Shown here in pieces: positions 32,431-48,199 of a DNA stretch of 64,000 bases. Every line of letters begins with the position of its first letter. Position 1 is the first letter of the stretch. The DNA is from the human T2T-CHM13v2.0 reference genome, Homo sapiens. The notes below the pieces were generated by a model, which saw only the letters and a program-made list of their open reading frames with translations, was not told the origin of the DNA and searched no databases. The translations under genes and the position numbers were made by a program. The stretch is from NCBI RefSeq assembly GCF_009914755.1, contig NC_060933.1. One strand, written 5' to 3'.

Positions 32431-34432
32431 CCCACTGGTCATATAGATCATAGAATACTATGTAACATAAAAAGAATGAAATTACGTCCTTTGCAGCAAC
32501 ATGAATGCAGCTGGAGGCCATTATCCTAAGTGAACTAACACAGAAATGGAAAACCAAATACTGCACGTTCTTACTTATTAGTGGGAACTAAACTTTAGGT
32601 GCACGTGGTCATAAAATTGGAAAAAATAAATTCTAGAGACTACTAGAGGAGAAAGAGGGAGAGGGGTAAGAGCTGAACAACTGCCTGTTTGGTACCATGC
32701 TCCTTACCTGGACAACAGCTTCAACCATCTTCTAAACTTCAGCATCACGCAATATGTTTCTAATAAAACCGCAAATATACCCTCTGATTCTAAAATAAAA
32801 GTTTAAAAAGAAAAAAATTACTTTATAAATGACTGGTTTTAACTCAAGTACTGCTGAGAGAGCAGATCACACTGTGTGAATTGACTATACCTTTTAAGTG
32901 TTTAATATTCCATTTAAACTGTCAAATAAAGTATAAAATACAGTTTGTGATGCATTATTCATTGATAATATCATGTCAACATAATAAAAACTGGTTTATT
33001 TCTTCCAGTAAACAGATTCTTCAATGAAAAATGTTGTTACTACCAGACATGAAGAAATAGATGCAATGCTTAAAGTGATGTTTAAATAAGTTAAAAGTTA
33101 GTGACGAAAGGAAAGAAAAAAATAGGGCAATGTTTAGTTGGGCATGGGAGAGTGATTTAAGCCTAATTGCTAGCAGAGGCAAAGTGAAAGGAAGAGATTG
33201 CTAATCTGATTAAAAGGGATGATTGGTGGAGGAGGGAGGCAAGAAGGAAGGGATTGACAGCACAGCCGTTCTTTTTCTAAGATAGGATAGAATAAAAGAT
33301 ACAGGAAAGAATAGATAGACATATTAAAAATAAATAAATATTAGAAATAAAGAAAAATAATGTTGAGGAATGCATGGCTCAGATACTGTATATTCTCAGT
33401 GAGTGTGGAAATTAGAAAACTGAGATTGAATAAAGACTGCCTTGAACATTTGAGGACAATGTTCACACTTTGGACAATGTTTGGTCCATACATAGACCAA
33501 ATCATCTATTTCATAATTATAGAAGTAATAACTTGTAACGTTTGGCTTAACTCTCCTTCTTCCTATTAGGTAAGTGTGACCTTCAGGGATATTTCTTCCA
33601 CTCTTTTTCTCAAGGCTCTTTCTTTCTAGCATGTTTGCATAATTTACCACTGGCTGATTAGGTGGGTAAGACTAGTTTGCAGGATCAGCATTAGAAAGAC
33701 TATCTGGTGAGTAACCTAAAGCCATGCTTACCTATCTAAATAATATCAATGTAGTTAATTATTTTTTTCCCCAGTCTTCCATGCTTTTCTTTTGTGCATA
33801 ACATTTTATAGATGTTGATAGTCTGGGTAGGCAATAGAGGTTCCATTTATTTAAGGATCCCTGAGAAACCTCAACAGAGGTTAAACATAAGACTATTGGA
33901 CAATAAAGTTCACCCAAACAGTTTCTGATGTGGGCACATAGACAGATCAAAAAACACTAAAATTGTTCATTAAACTAAAGAATAGTTTTAGAGGAAGAAA
34001 GAGCAAGAATCTGTAAATACAACAGTGAGCAACAGCAAATACCTTCACTGTCCTCGGAAACCATTTACTTAAATATAGAAACTTATATTAATTTCATGCC
34101 AATATGTGTAAAGTAGTAATTGTAAATATAAGTGCTACTAAATAAAGCTGCATAGGACAATAAGACGAGTAGGTAGAAGGCCCAAAATCATCTAATAGGG
34201 TTAAGGCAGGATTTTTTTGTTGTTGTTGATAGCATCACTGGAAGAAAGGACATTTGAAGAATAATCTGAAATTATCTAGATGAAAATAGGAGAAAAGAAT
34301 GTTAAAGATAAAGGTGAAATGTTACTTCCCTTTCCAATAATTAGAATGAGATATGTCACTTTTGTGAAGACCAAAATGATAAGAGCCCAAAGAGAAAGTT
34401 GAGGCATCCTCTGAAATGATATTGAAGTTTTA

Positions 34433-34847
<415 letters not shown>

Positions 34848-35292
34848 AAGTTTTACAGCAGATTAAGATTATGCCTTAGTTTCTAAACCATGTTAAGGAT
34901 TTTGACCTTTATTTTGAGGATATTTGGAAACTACCAAAGAGTTCTGAGCAGGAGAGAAAGTGGAGTGATATGATGAGATGTGTTTTTGAAAAGGCAAATG
35001 ATCACTATGATTGCTTTAAGGAGAACTGATTGAACAGGGGCAAGAGTTGATGTGGAGGAACTTGTTTATAGGTTATATAAACAATATAAATGAGAGGTGA
35101 TGGGACCCTGGAATAGGAAATGTTAAAAAGAGCTATAGAAAAGCATTAAGATATATTGGCAGATGAGTTCAAGAAATGAGAGAGGAATTTAATATGGGAA
35201 ATGAGTGGGGGGCGGAAAACACAAATAGATTCTTAGGTTTTGACTTACACAACTGAATGAATGGTGTTGCTGCTTATTAGAAAAGAAATACA

Positions 35293-35738
<446 letters not shown>

Positions 35739-38700
35739 TTAAACTTTACATGTTAAATAGTAAAATAATGTAATTTTATAGAGAGATTACAGACTGAGAA
35801 GAGAGCGTATGGCCAAATCTTAAAAAACTTCAACATGTAAAAGTTTAATAGATGAGAATCAGTCTATAAGAGAGAAAGATAAATAATAACTGAGAGGTGT
35901 GAGGATACCGAGGGGGTGTAGTGTCACTAAAGTTAAGTGAATAAATCATTCTCAAAAAGAAAACATCAGTGAATTCTGCCTATGAGTCAAAGAAAAAAAA
36001 TTGATACTTTTATGAGAGCAAAATTTGTCAGAAGCCAAACTGAAGTGAATTAAGCAGTGAATGAGAAGTGATGAAATAAAGAGTAAGAAGAGACAATTAT
36101 TTCCAGGTTTCCTTGAGAGAGCATAAGAAAGAGATAGAAATTGGTGTCTAGGGGTTAGGGATGGGTGCTTGTTTATTGTTTCCTTATGCAGAAAGGCATG
36201 TGAAACCCTTAAAGGCAATGGACAGGGTCCAGTTAAGAGACAGTAGTTAATAAACACACACTAAACAAAAAGTATGTAGTGTACTCACCTAAGATGAGAG
36301 AGGAGATGCTTTCACAGTAAGAAGGGCATCCCTTCTGTTACAGGACGTAGCAATGAGGTATACATAGAAACACAGTTAAAAGATTGTTTATTGGAGGGGC
36401 ATTAATAGAACCCATGCCCAATGGTGCATTGCCCTTTAAGTGTTCTTTGTGAAGAGTACAACATCATTTAACTAAAATGTGGAGAGAAATGTTATTAAAT
36501 GCAGAAGAATTTGGGAAAAGTGAATAATTAATTTGTTGGAGTGGACAGGGTGAGAGTTGGCTGAAAAGAGAAATAATAGAATGGCTGGAGGATAACAAAA
36601 GCCTGAGTTTGGAGACCATAAATTTGCAGTGGTACCAAATATATAAGTTGTTCCAGCAAGTATAATCTAGTTAGATACAGTTATGCTTAAAATTAACCAT
36701 CAGTTTAATCCATGTTTTGAGTTTTTCCATGGAGGTGGGGTAAAAAAAAAAATGAACAAGGGAACTTATTGTTTTGTCAGAAATGTATAATTTCAGATAA
36801 TGATAATTATCCTTTGAAGTAAGTTCTATAGTTGAGAAAACTGAGGAACAGAAATCTAAGCACAAGGGTCACTGTTGAGGAAGTTTCAGGCATGGGGTTT
36901 GAACCCAGATGTGGCTACAAAGTCAATAGTCTTAATGATGTGTTGTGCTTCCTGAAATGGAGAACATAGTATGATAGTAAGATAAATGCTCTGGGACACA
37001 AAATAAACTTGACAAAAGGATTTGGAGAAGATAGAATGATGGTAAACCAGAAGTTTCAATAAAGCTGTACAATATTGAAGTGGGAGTAGTTGTACAAGCA
37101 AACTGGGAAAGTCTACAAAGTTCATGATAGCAGCATGACAAAGAGATATTTAGAGATTAATTAGAAATGTGCAGTTACAGCGTACAAGATGTGGCCAATG
37201 AAGTGGTTAGGTAAGAAAGAGGGTCAAAGAGTTTTTGGTGAAAAGACAAAAATGTCTTACTTACTTAGATACTAAAACAGATATTAATCACTCAACATAA
37301 TGCCAGGTTTAGTATAAAAAATAATATGATCCAGTTGCCAAAATCTTTGCCGAATCAAGAGGAATAGCACAGAGGCTGAGAAATGGCAGGATAAAAAAAG
37401 GCAGAGGGTATTCGGTGAACTCAGTACTAAATGTTTTCTAAGAAGGTCAGAAAATAATGGCCTGGGAGGTCCAGTGCATGTAAGGATGATGAAAATCAGC
37501 TCCATCTTCTGACCCTCAGGTTTAAGGACTATGAACACACAGCTGTTTCTTTAAGAGCGGGCATGAGCAAATCTTCAGGGAAGAACTGTATTTTATCACA
37601 GGCAAGGAGAGAATAGAAACATCCAGAGAGAGAGTTGAAATAGAGTTTTGAAATTATGTGAAAAAATATGATTTTTCAGGTTGTACATGGAAAGTAAGTT
37701 ACTCTGTGTTTGGAAAGATTCTTTATGATTAGAGTTATGAACTAGTTCAGCTTTTCAAAAGGATTGAGTCCCTCAGGTTATATAATTTGAAGATAAGGAC
37801 AGGTGTCTGGGAAGATCTTTTATTACAATGAACTGTTAAGAGAACTGCTGGCTGCAAGGCTGAAGTACCCATTGTAAGGTTCAGGGATCCACTGGTCTGC
37901 AGTCTGAAGGAAGATCACTTTAGTAGGTAGGACATACATCATATGTATTAATAACTACAAACTGCCAAGAGATAGGCCTTACACATTACCCACATTGATT
38001 ATTCTCTAGGACTCTTCAAGGTGGGGTGGTAGTTTTTCTTCCATAGCAGCCAATTGCAAGGGCGACCACTGTTGTGTTATCACTTGTGTTTGGTATCTCT
38101 CTCCATTGACTGCCTACATATCTCCTGAGCTTTGAAAATGTCATCAACACTCGACTCAACCACCCAAGCAGTACACTTTGCTACTGCTTTCCTGTTGTTG
38201 CTGCTTAGTTTTTTTGTTTGTTTTTTCATTCTTGAATCTTCTAATAATGCTTTGTAACTCATTCCTTTTCTGTCTTGCTGGCAAACCTCTTTGTTTTCTA
38301 GATTACAGCCTTTTTAAGGTGTTGAGGTGAAGCAGCCAAGGTAATGAGTCTTTTAGAAGAGTCTTTTATGCTTTTGTTTTTTAAATCTCCTAGTACTCTC
38401 CTTTTTAGAACAAGCAGTGTTCGAAAATATGTGATATTTGTTCTGAAGTTGTGTAAACGTGTTCAAATGCGATGCCACATCATACCAGTGACCACTACTT
38501 ACAACTCTCAGAGCTGCTGCTGAACCTACTGACCCTGCCAGAACCATTTTTCACCATGAGACTTCCATCCTCCTTTGCCCCTCTCTAGAAACTGCCTTCT
38601 AATGCCCCACCCCTGAGATAAAATAGAAAACTAAATCTGTGATATGTGTTACATTTTATCTGAATGAGATTCAAGTTATTCTTCACCACTGATTCCTGGA

Positions 38701-38779
38701 GTGTATGAAAAATCAGGAACTCAGGGCAAGCAACTATTTAAATATCCTTAAACCTCTCATAAGAGTTATACAGGATTTT

Positions 38780-39075
<296 letters not shown>

Positions 39076-41504
39076 CCTATACAAGATTTATTTTCCCTGC
39101 TGTATATAGTCTTATCTAGATAGTCTTCAAAAATAAGTAGAGTTGTTTTCAATCTAGAATAACATTTAAACTTTTTTTTAAATTTAGCAGGATTTTACTA
39201 CTCTTATAGACAATGTCATTAAAATATTAGTATACAAATGTAGAATGCTCCCTTAGGATAATTTGATCACATTTTACATATTTGTTTTCTTTTGGCAACT
39301 GACCCTCAGTGGCACAGAGAGGTTGAGTTAGCTATAAATGCCTTTGTGCAATTCCAGCATTTTACAACAAATGCCTAACACTGTTATGTTTTTTCTCTCT
39401 TCTAAAATAATTAAAGTTACAATTTCCCTTTCATGACTGGCTGCAACCTTGCTTTATCATCACCACAAACCTGTGGATAAGCTACAAAAGATAGAAAGCT
39501 AACATTCAGCATCAACAGACAGATGCAAACACATACACACATGTAGTATTTGTTATCAGCTTCATCTGAGCAGAGCAGAATGGAGCATTAACTGTAACCT
39601 CCTCACCTCACTGAGCCTGGGCTAAAGCTTTCAAACACAGTGTTGATTTTGAACTCCATTAGTCTTTCACGCTCATTCTGTGAGATGATTCATTCTCATG
39701 CAAGGCCTGCAACTGGTTGCTAATAAAATCCTACCCTGACAAATAAATGGACTGTAATATAACCTGCTTCAAGGCAGCGAAATCTCAACCGCTCCAATAT
39801 GATCTGTGGCAAAGCAATATGCAGCTTACTGCTATTCTCTTAGCAATGCCTGCAGAATGCTTCTCTATCCCTTTGTTTGTCCCAAATTTCTCCATTAAGG
39901 AACCTAAAACCATAGATCATCTACCATGGAGTTGCTATATTCTTTCATTATGGCTTATGAGTTCAAACAAAATAGCTATTGTTTACTAAAAAGATCCTCT
40001 TAGAGCTGTGCAAACAAAATTTTAGGATTTTTCTATTAAATGGCATGATGGAGACAATCATATAGCATTGGATTCTCTTTAAGAAGCTGAAACACTTGAA
40101 TTTCTATGTCTCTTTTATTTATTATTTTTGAGCTAAATTAAAATAACATCCCCATTGAAATAGATAATAATATCTATTTCTCCAAAGCTTGTGATTATAA
40201 CTTACAAAAATATGAAATAAAAACTTAAAGCATATGAGACAGGTATGGAAAAGATGTTTATGCTAATCTGGTAGAGAAAGAAAACTTATGAAGTACACAC
40301 CCTGTAAAATTTTTTTTCTTTTCTCTCAGGGATGTCCTGAGGAGCAAATAAGATAATGACTGTGAAATTGGTCCACACATTATGAAACAATAGATAGATA
40401 CAAGGTATTATTTTTACTACACAGAATACTGCCTGTCCTTACTAGACATGATCATTCACTAATATCCATATCTGCTATGAATCTGTCATCATAAAATACA
40501 GTAGTGCTAAAAAGAAAAGTAATTTGAACACATAATTTATTTTTAGAAAATTTATATACCTCCCTATGGTTATAAAGGAAAATGTTTATCTTTCTCTCTG
40601 GCAAACCTTTATGAATAGCTCAAATGATACTCATTACTGTTAATCTTTTCTCTTGCTTGAATCACACTAAGATATTACCAGGTGTCATCCTGCCTTAATT
40701 TCACCATTCACCTGAGTTCTAAACATGGATTCAGCTTAGCATTAAGTTTTCTTCAGAGAGGTTTAGATGAAGTTGGCACAGTCAATGGGTGCATCATCCA
40801 CAAAGCAGCATATCATGAAGAATGAACACTTCTGGGAAAAGAAAACAGAGACACATAAAAGAAGAAGCATTGAAAATTTAAGAGACTAAATCATAGTAGG
40901 CTTTTTGAAGCAGTGCTTCCATGAAGAAAGAGAAAGTAGAGGGTTGAAGAAGAATGAGGTTGAGGGCCTGGCAGGTAACGATAATGCCGTACAATGTGCA
41001 TAATATAATTTACATGAGATCTGTGTAAGATCACTGTATCCAAGCTGGAAAGGTAGATTGGCCCCAAAGGAAACTGATAAGAGATGAAGTTGCAGTAATT
41101 ATTCAAAGGCTTCAAAATATTGAAACTCATCAAAGCAAAACAACAAACATGATATTTTAGTTTAATTGAAAACACTGTGTGTTACCTTGTACAGATCACT
41201 TGATATCTCCAAGTCTTGGCATTCTCAGCTATAACATGAATATAATGATACTTGTATTCAGAATCCTTATGATGTGCTCAAAGGTTTGTCATTATAACCT
41301 AGCAGTTTTGATTTTACTTAAAGGAGTCATAGGAGAAAAAGGTGCATCATGGACTTCATTTCTATTAGTACCAGAAAATACAAAGCTAGACTTAAAGAAT
41401 GTAGGGCAAAAACTGGTTTGCATACAATATTGCACATTAACACACACACATGCATACACATATATAAATACATATATATGTGTATAATCTTTTTAAAATA
41501 AGGG

Positions 41505-42125
<621 letters not shown>

Positions 42126-43619
42126 ATGAAATTAAAAAGGGTTAGTATACAAAAGAATGAATAATTAGGAGAATAGAAATTTCTGCCAACAGGCAGATAC
42201 ATTGTCCAAATGATCTTTCCTGAAATGGTGTGGCTCATAATTATATCAGTCTCTAATTTGATGCCCAATGAATATTAAATGTGGATTGGAATTCTCCCAC
42301 ACAAATTCAGTAGCACTCATCAGGGAAAACTGTTTAGCCTCATTAAAGCAGAAAAAAAAATAGATTTTTAGACATTTATTGGCTAGAAATCTTGGTGTCA
42401 GTTAATGTTTGAAAGCATTTCAAGACATTACAACTCTTAACTCTGCTTTTAGCATAGGTTTTTGGACTGGAGGCAGAAAACAATATGAAATATGTTCTTT
42501 TACAAGAGAGGTTTTGCTTACCTTTAGCACTGGCAACACCAGGATGATATTGTTTCTCAGAAAAGAAAAATCCATCATGTATGCAAATGGTCCTGTAATG
42601 CTCTACACAGAGCATAGAAAATCATTTCTAAAATGTTATCAGATGACAACCTGAAATATATCATAAAAATCATTTATTGTTTTTGGTAACAGTACATTAA
42701 AATATAGGACTGTTAAGTTTTTACAAAAAAATTAGCTGGAGTAAGAATATAAGGATTATCATATAATGCTTAAAATTTAAATATTATGACCCAATGGTGC
42801 TGAAAGATGTTTCAAACGCTTTAGGATGAAGTACTGGTGGCTTTGGAGATTGCTCTTCTGCCAGCTCTTAATGTTAAAATCAGTCCCCTACAGAACTTAT
42901 CCTTGATTTATTAATTTTCCCTTAGATACCCACAATTGGTTCAACCTTAATTTTTAGTTACACAGCTTGTTACACTATGAACTACTAAAGAAACAAACTG
43001 TCTTTATTTACTTGGCCTTGAGTTCCCCCTTTGCATTTAGTAAATGAGTGAAGCAACCAACTTACAGAGCGTGACTGCCATATGAATTTTTTATTAAGAA
43101 ATTAATCCTCCTAACATAGAAGTAAATTATGTGGCTGGATGTGGAGAGTAGACATATGCATATGGTGAGAAAAATAGAAAAGTGATCAAATTTGACACTA
43201 AAAGTTATACAGTACTCTTGGTTGCAAAAGACTATGTATTATCTAATCAAGATTAGTGAATGTTTTGTGTGCATGAAACTCTGAATTATACACTCGATTT
43301 TGCTTTGAGGTTTTATATACACACACATGCACAAATAATAGTTTTAATTGAGGCATGTTCTCTTGTCAACTATGAATCAACCCTTAGAGCAAATATAGAA
43401 TGGATCATGCATTTACTCATTTTCTCATTTGACAGTATTGTGACAGATGTGTGAGCTCTCTAGGGTTTAAGTGTTAGAAAAGAGGCTTAGGGAAGTAATT
43501 GCTGATTCATCAACAAGCATACATTAATGTTTCTCTTCACTGGGCTTCACATCTTGAAAGATTATTCCACTAATCTGCATGTATTAACCAATAAGTCATT
43601 TATTTTCTTACTTACTTTA

Positions 43620-43933
43620 TTGATTTATTTATTTACTTATTTTCTTACTTTTTTTTTTTTTTTTTTGAGACAGAGTCTCGTTCTGCCACCCAGGCTGGAG
43701 TGCAATGGCATGATCTCGGCTCACTGCAACCTCCGCCTCCCTTGTTCAAGTGATTCTCCTGCCTCAGCCTCCTAAGTAGCTGGAAATACAGGTTTGCGCC
43801 ACCACTCCTGGCTAATTATTTTGTATTTTTAGTAGAGATGGGGTTTCATTATGTTGGTCAGGCTAGTCTCAAAATCCTGACCTCAGGTGATCCACCCGCC
43901 TTGGCCTCCCAAAATTCTGGGATTACGGGCGTG
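43620..43933 (-). mobile_element. AluS
   Basis: Alu reverse complement with T-tail. Confidence 0.95.
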
Positions 43934-44376
43934 AGCCACCCACCGCACTGGGCTTCTACTTATTTAAATATAAAACTCAAGCATTTGCCGAGCTGAACTT
44001 GTGGCATTACCTAAATATAACTTTTTTTCTCACAGTAAGTGGAAGTCATTTCTACTAACATATTTTTTACTCTTTAGCTTGTCACAGCAGGGTTTTTATT
44101 GCTAAATATCCTCTCTTCTGTAGGCTCTTTTCAAGAGCAGACATCACCTGCATATCCCCAACTGCCTGCTCCCCTCCCACCCATTTACCAATAGCTTCTG
44201 GGTAGCCTGAGAAGGCACGAGCCTATATTCAAAAGCACAGGCTTGCAGTTTGTAGACAGAACATGGACTAATTTGGAAACATGAAGAATCCATGAATAAA
44301 CTTTAAAAGGGGTATTTTAACATTGACACTTTCAAATCCTAAAATGTTATAGGTACAGGACTATAAGAAAATAGAG

Positions 44377-44758
<382 letters not shown>

Positions 44759-45309
44759 TTACTACTATGCCACTACTATGTAGAGTTCCTCATAAGGCCA
44801 TCATTTCAGTCATCTACAGAAAATAGGGAAATAATAATTTCTTTGGGTAGAAAAAAAGATTATAGTGCCTATGTTTAAATATTTGCAATGTAGATGTTCA
44901 TGTAAGACTAGGCGGTAATTGCACTCTGGAGCAGTAATTAAGAAATCATAATCAGGTATTCAATTGACTATTGAATGGTTATCTGTGTTCACTTTTGTTT
45001 TTCATATTTAAGTAGCTATATTGAAACTAGAATGCTTTTAGTTCTTTAAAGCATATTTCAAATCTAAGTAAATAAAATTTAAAATACAGTGCAATACCTC
45101 AATATTACTGAAGTATAATGAAGATGTTATACTTCAAAATATCTAAATCAAATACATGTTTTAATATCTAGTAATGTGTATATTTATATAAATATATACA
45201 CCCAATATAGCCATGAGATTAAGGTACCAAGAACATGTCTTTGATGTGTCTTACTGTTTATTCAATTCATGTCAAGTAAATAGTGGAATACATTTCATGG
45301 GATAAAGTG

Positions 45310-45490
45310 TTTAAGCTTATAAAGGAAACTGTCATCGCATCCCCACCATCTCCTTTTCCCAATATCCCTACAGTATAAGATCCAGTGGAATGGCTTCGTT
45401 CTCTAATGGGTTCGTCCAACATTCTTCTACAGTACAAATTAAGCATTGCTTCAAGGGTGAAGAATGAATTTTCCCAGAAGAAATACAATA
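45310..45490 (-). mobile_element. Possible ancient CR1/L3 endonuclease fragment
   Basis: Minus-strand MLDEPIRE then (frameshift) AIPLDLIL resembles the CR1 motif VEEPTRG..AILDLIL. Confidence 0.4.
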
Positions 45491-45549
45491 TAGAGTTTAT
45501 TATTTATTGCTTTCCTGCATAGATTTAATCACAATGGAATTCATATACA

Positions 45550-45750
45550 GTAATAAAATGGTAAGGACCAAAATTCTAGAATCCTATAAATTATTATTCT
45601 TGATATTGTAAGTGACACAATGTAAGACCATCCTAACTTTTTCAATGTCCTTGAGCAAAACACTTAAATATTCTGTGCCTTTTTTTGTTCATCTTCATAA
45701 TGAGACATTGGATGAATTGGCCTTTTAGTGCATTCTAGATCTAACATTCT
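45550..45750. mobile_element. MIR/MIR3 fragment
   Basis: ccttgagcaaaacacttaaatattctgtgcct...ttcatcttcataatgag...ttctagatctaacattctatg. Confidence 0.6.
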
Positions 45751-47111
45751 ATGGTAACCTGCCTTTTGTCATAATGCAAACAATTACTTTTATTTTCCCT
45801 TCTCTTTTTGTACTCAGGAGATGGATAGAACATTTTCTTTCTAAAGGATGTTTTGTTACCTAAGTTAGATAAAGAGATAATTCATTATCATAGAGGATGA
45901 TAAACTCCATATTCCTACTTAGAGTGAATCAGATAATACCCATTTAAAAAAAAAAAAAGCAGCAACGAAGTTCTGTTACTGTACTGTCTTCCAGTTTGAA
46001 TAAACATCAGTTTTTGCAATAATATAATTTCTTCCTTTGACTTGTGTCCAATAGTTATTTCTAAATGTCTTAAATTGTACGATATTCAACGACTAATAGG
46101 CAGGTACAGAAAATCTTTGATGAATATAAAAACCAGTGCTCATCCAGTGTCTCACAAGTCGCAGGAGGCAAAAAGAAAAGTAAACTGAGACTAAACCTTC
46201 TGCTTTGGGCCCTGACTCTAGCTATTAGGTGAAAGCTGTCTTTCCTTTCTTTTCATGGTTGACATACTGGATAAAAAAAGAAAAAAAAAATGCTCTCTGA
46301 CAGCACAGCCTCTCTCTGTGCTCACTTCAGCTATGTAAATACAGAGAAGCCTTGAAAGAGAGGTCAGAAACAAAGCCCACATCTATCATTCTTTTAGCTC
46401 CTCAAGTAGATGCTTATAGCTCCCTGGCTGGGAGCAATTTCAGCTTTCTTTCTGATGCTCCCGTTCCCCTAAGATTATGTGCATGTGACTCAAGCTCAGC
46501 AATGCCAGTGGAAGTGTCAGGGAAGAGGTATTTCAAGAATGTTTTAGGAAGATATTGCAAATATATTAAAATCATCTTTCTCATTGTGATTGCTGTGATT
46601 TTTGCCGTCTTCCCCTCAAGTTGTAAAAGAAAATGTAAATGTGAAAGCATTCTTTGTACTCTGCCGCGGCAAGGAGCTGGCAGACGGTACAGAAGAGTAA
46701 TGAACTAAGGACATGCTCCACAGCAAGGTTATTTACTAGTGATTTGGCAGCACAGGAATTTGATTTGCTTTTTGAGAGCAAAGAGAAGTAGTTAGAGGGT
46801 TTTAGATTTTGTCTCTTTTTATGATATAGGACCAAATGATTTCATCAAAATGATGACTTTTGCCCATATAGTAATAATGCAGTGTTTTCAAGGGCAAAGC
46901 TCTCTTAAAAACACAATTTGATTTGAAAAAATACACTGTAAAACCAAAAAATTAAGTTGTCCTGCCATGTTTTCATAAAGCTATCACAAATACCTGTAAG
47001 CCAGTTGTGTTTTAATAATAAAAGAACAATGACCACTCTGTTTGATGAAAGTCACAAAAACTGAAAACTGGGGCATGGGAATTTAGTAGACATGAATACC
47101 TTTGCAGTTAA

Positions 47112-47433
<322 letters not shown>

Positions 47434-48023
47434 TGTTATTTAACTTTCCTATTAAAACAATCATCTACACATTTAGCACATGTGAATATCGTAAGAATCC
47501 TATAAATACACATATTCCATATAGGTTTTTAGCTGATTTTTAATTCACCTTTCAAAGTTCTGTTGACCTTTAAAATAGTTTAGTACTACAAAAAAAAAAA
47601 AAAAAAAAAAAAAAGAGGAAGGATGAAATTGTAAAAGAGCTGATGCTAGCAATTGGGAAAAATTATTAGTAGAAATCAGAGAAAAAAAGAACCATTAATG
47701 GAAATAGTTCAAATTAGGGATGGGCTTCATGTTCTCCAGAAAGAACTTCATAAAATAATAAGCTTAAAAATCACAGAATCGGCATCATACATGGAAATCA
47801 AGTATTTGTCCAGTTTAATTTCAAACCTGACCTTTTCATATGCCAGTTAAGGAGCAGCTTGTTTTCCTAGTACATAGTGGAAAGCCTGAGGCTACCAGGC
47901 AAATTAGGGCCCAGAATCCCCTCTTGTCTCTGTCTGCAGCATTCCATGTCAATCTACATTACATTTTCTGTCATTTTCACTGCAACATAGAATCGCAACT
48001 GTAGTCACTGAAGTGTCCAGTAT

Positions 48024-48049
48024 TATTAAATTGGTGCACCAATCTAATA
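48024..48049. mobile_element. Collapsed MADE1/Hsmar1 MITE remnant
   Basis: ta-ttaaattggtgca/tgcaccaatctaa-ta matches both MADE1 termini (TTAGGTTGGTGCA...TGCACCAACCTAA) with TA TSDs. Confidence 0.6.
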
Positions 48050-48199
48050 CTTAATTGAAGTCCTCATTTCCCATAAATGGGCCCGTGCCAAATGCCTGAG
48101 ATAAACTATAAACACCTGCATTTATGTTGATTTTTTATTTTAAAATTCCTTTTCAACTGAACAATAAAGCCTTAAAATGTACAAAACATATCACTCAGA

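Larger units (their letters stand above)
26930..32817 (+). mobile_element. 5'-truncated L1 (L1PA16-like) split by two L1 insertions
   Basis: Host pieces at 26930-27697, 28841-29519 and ~32432-32817 are colinear with ORF2/3'UTR. Confidence 0.8.

Noticed and set aside
46352-46708. 118-aa membrane microprotein CDS
   Set aside because: Non-ATG start, no recognisable homology, and hydrophobic runs are expected in T-rich DNA; kept only as a weak finding.
47590-47614. Isolated poly-A as the tail of a retrocopy
   Set aside because: No recognisable upstream body or TSD.
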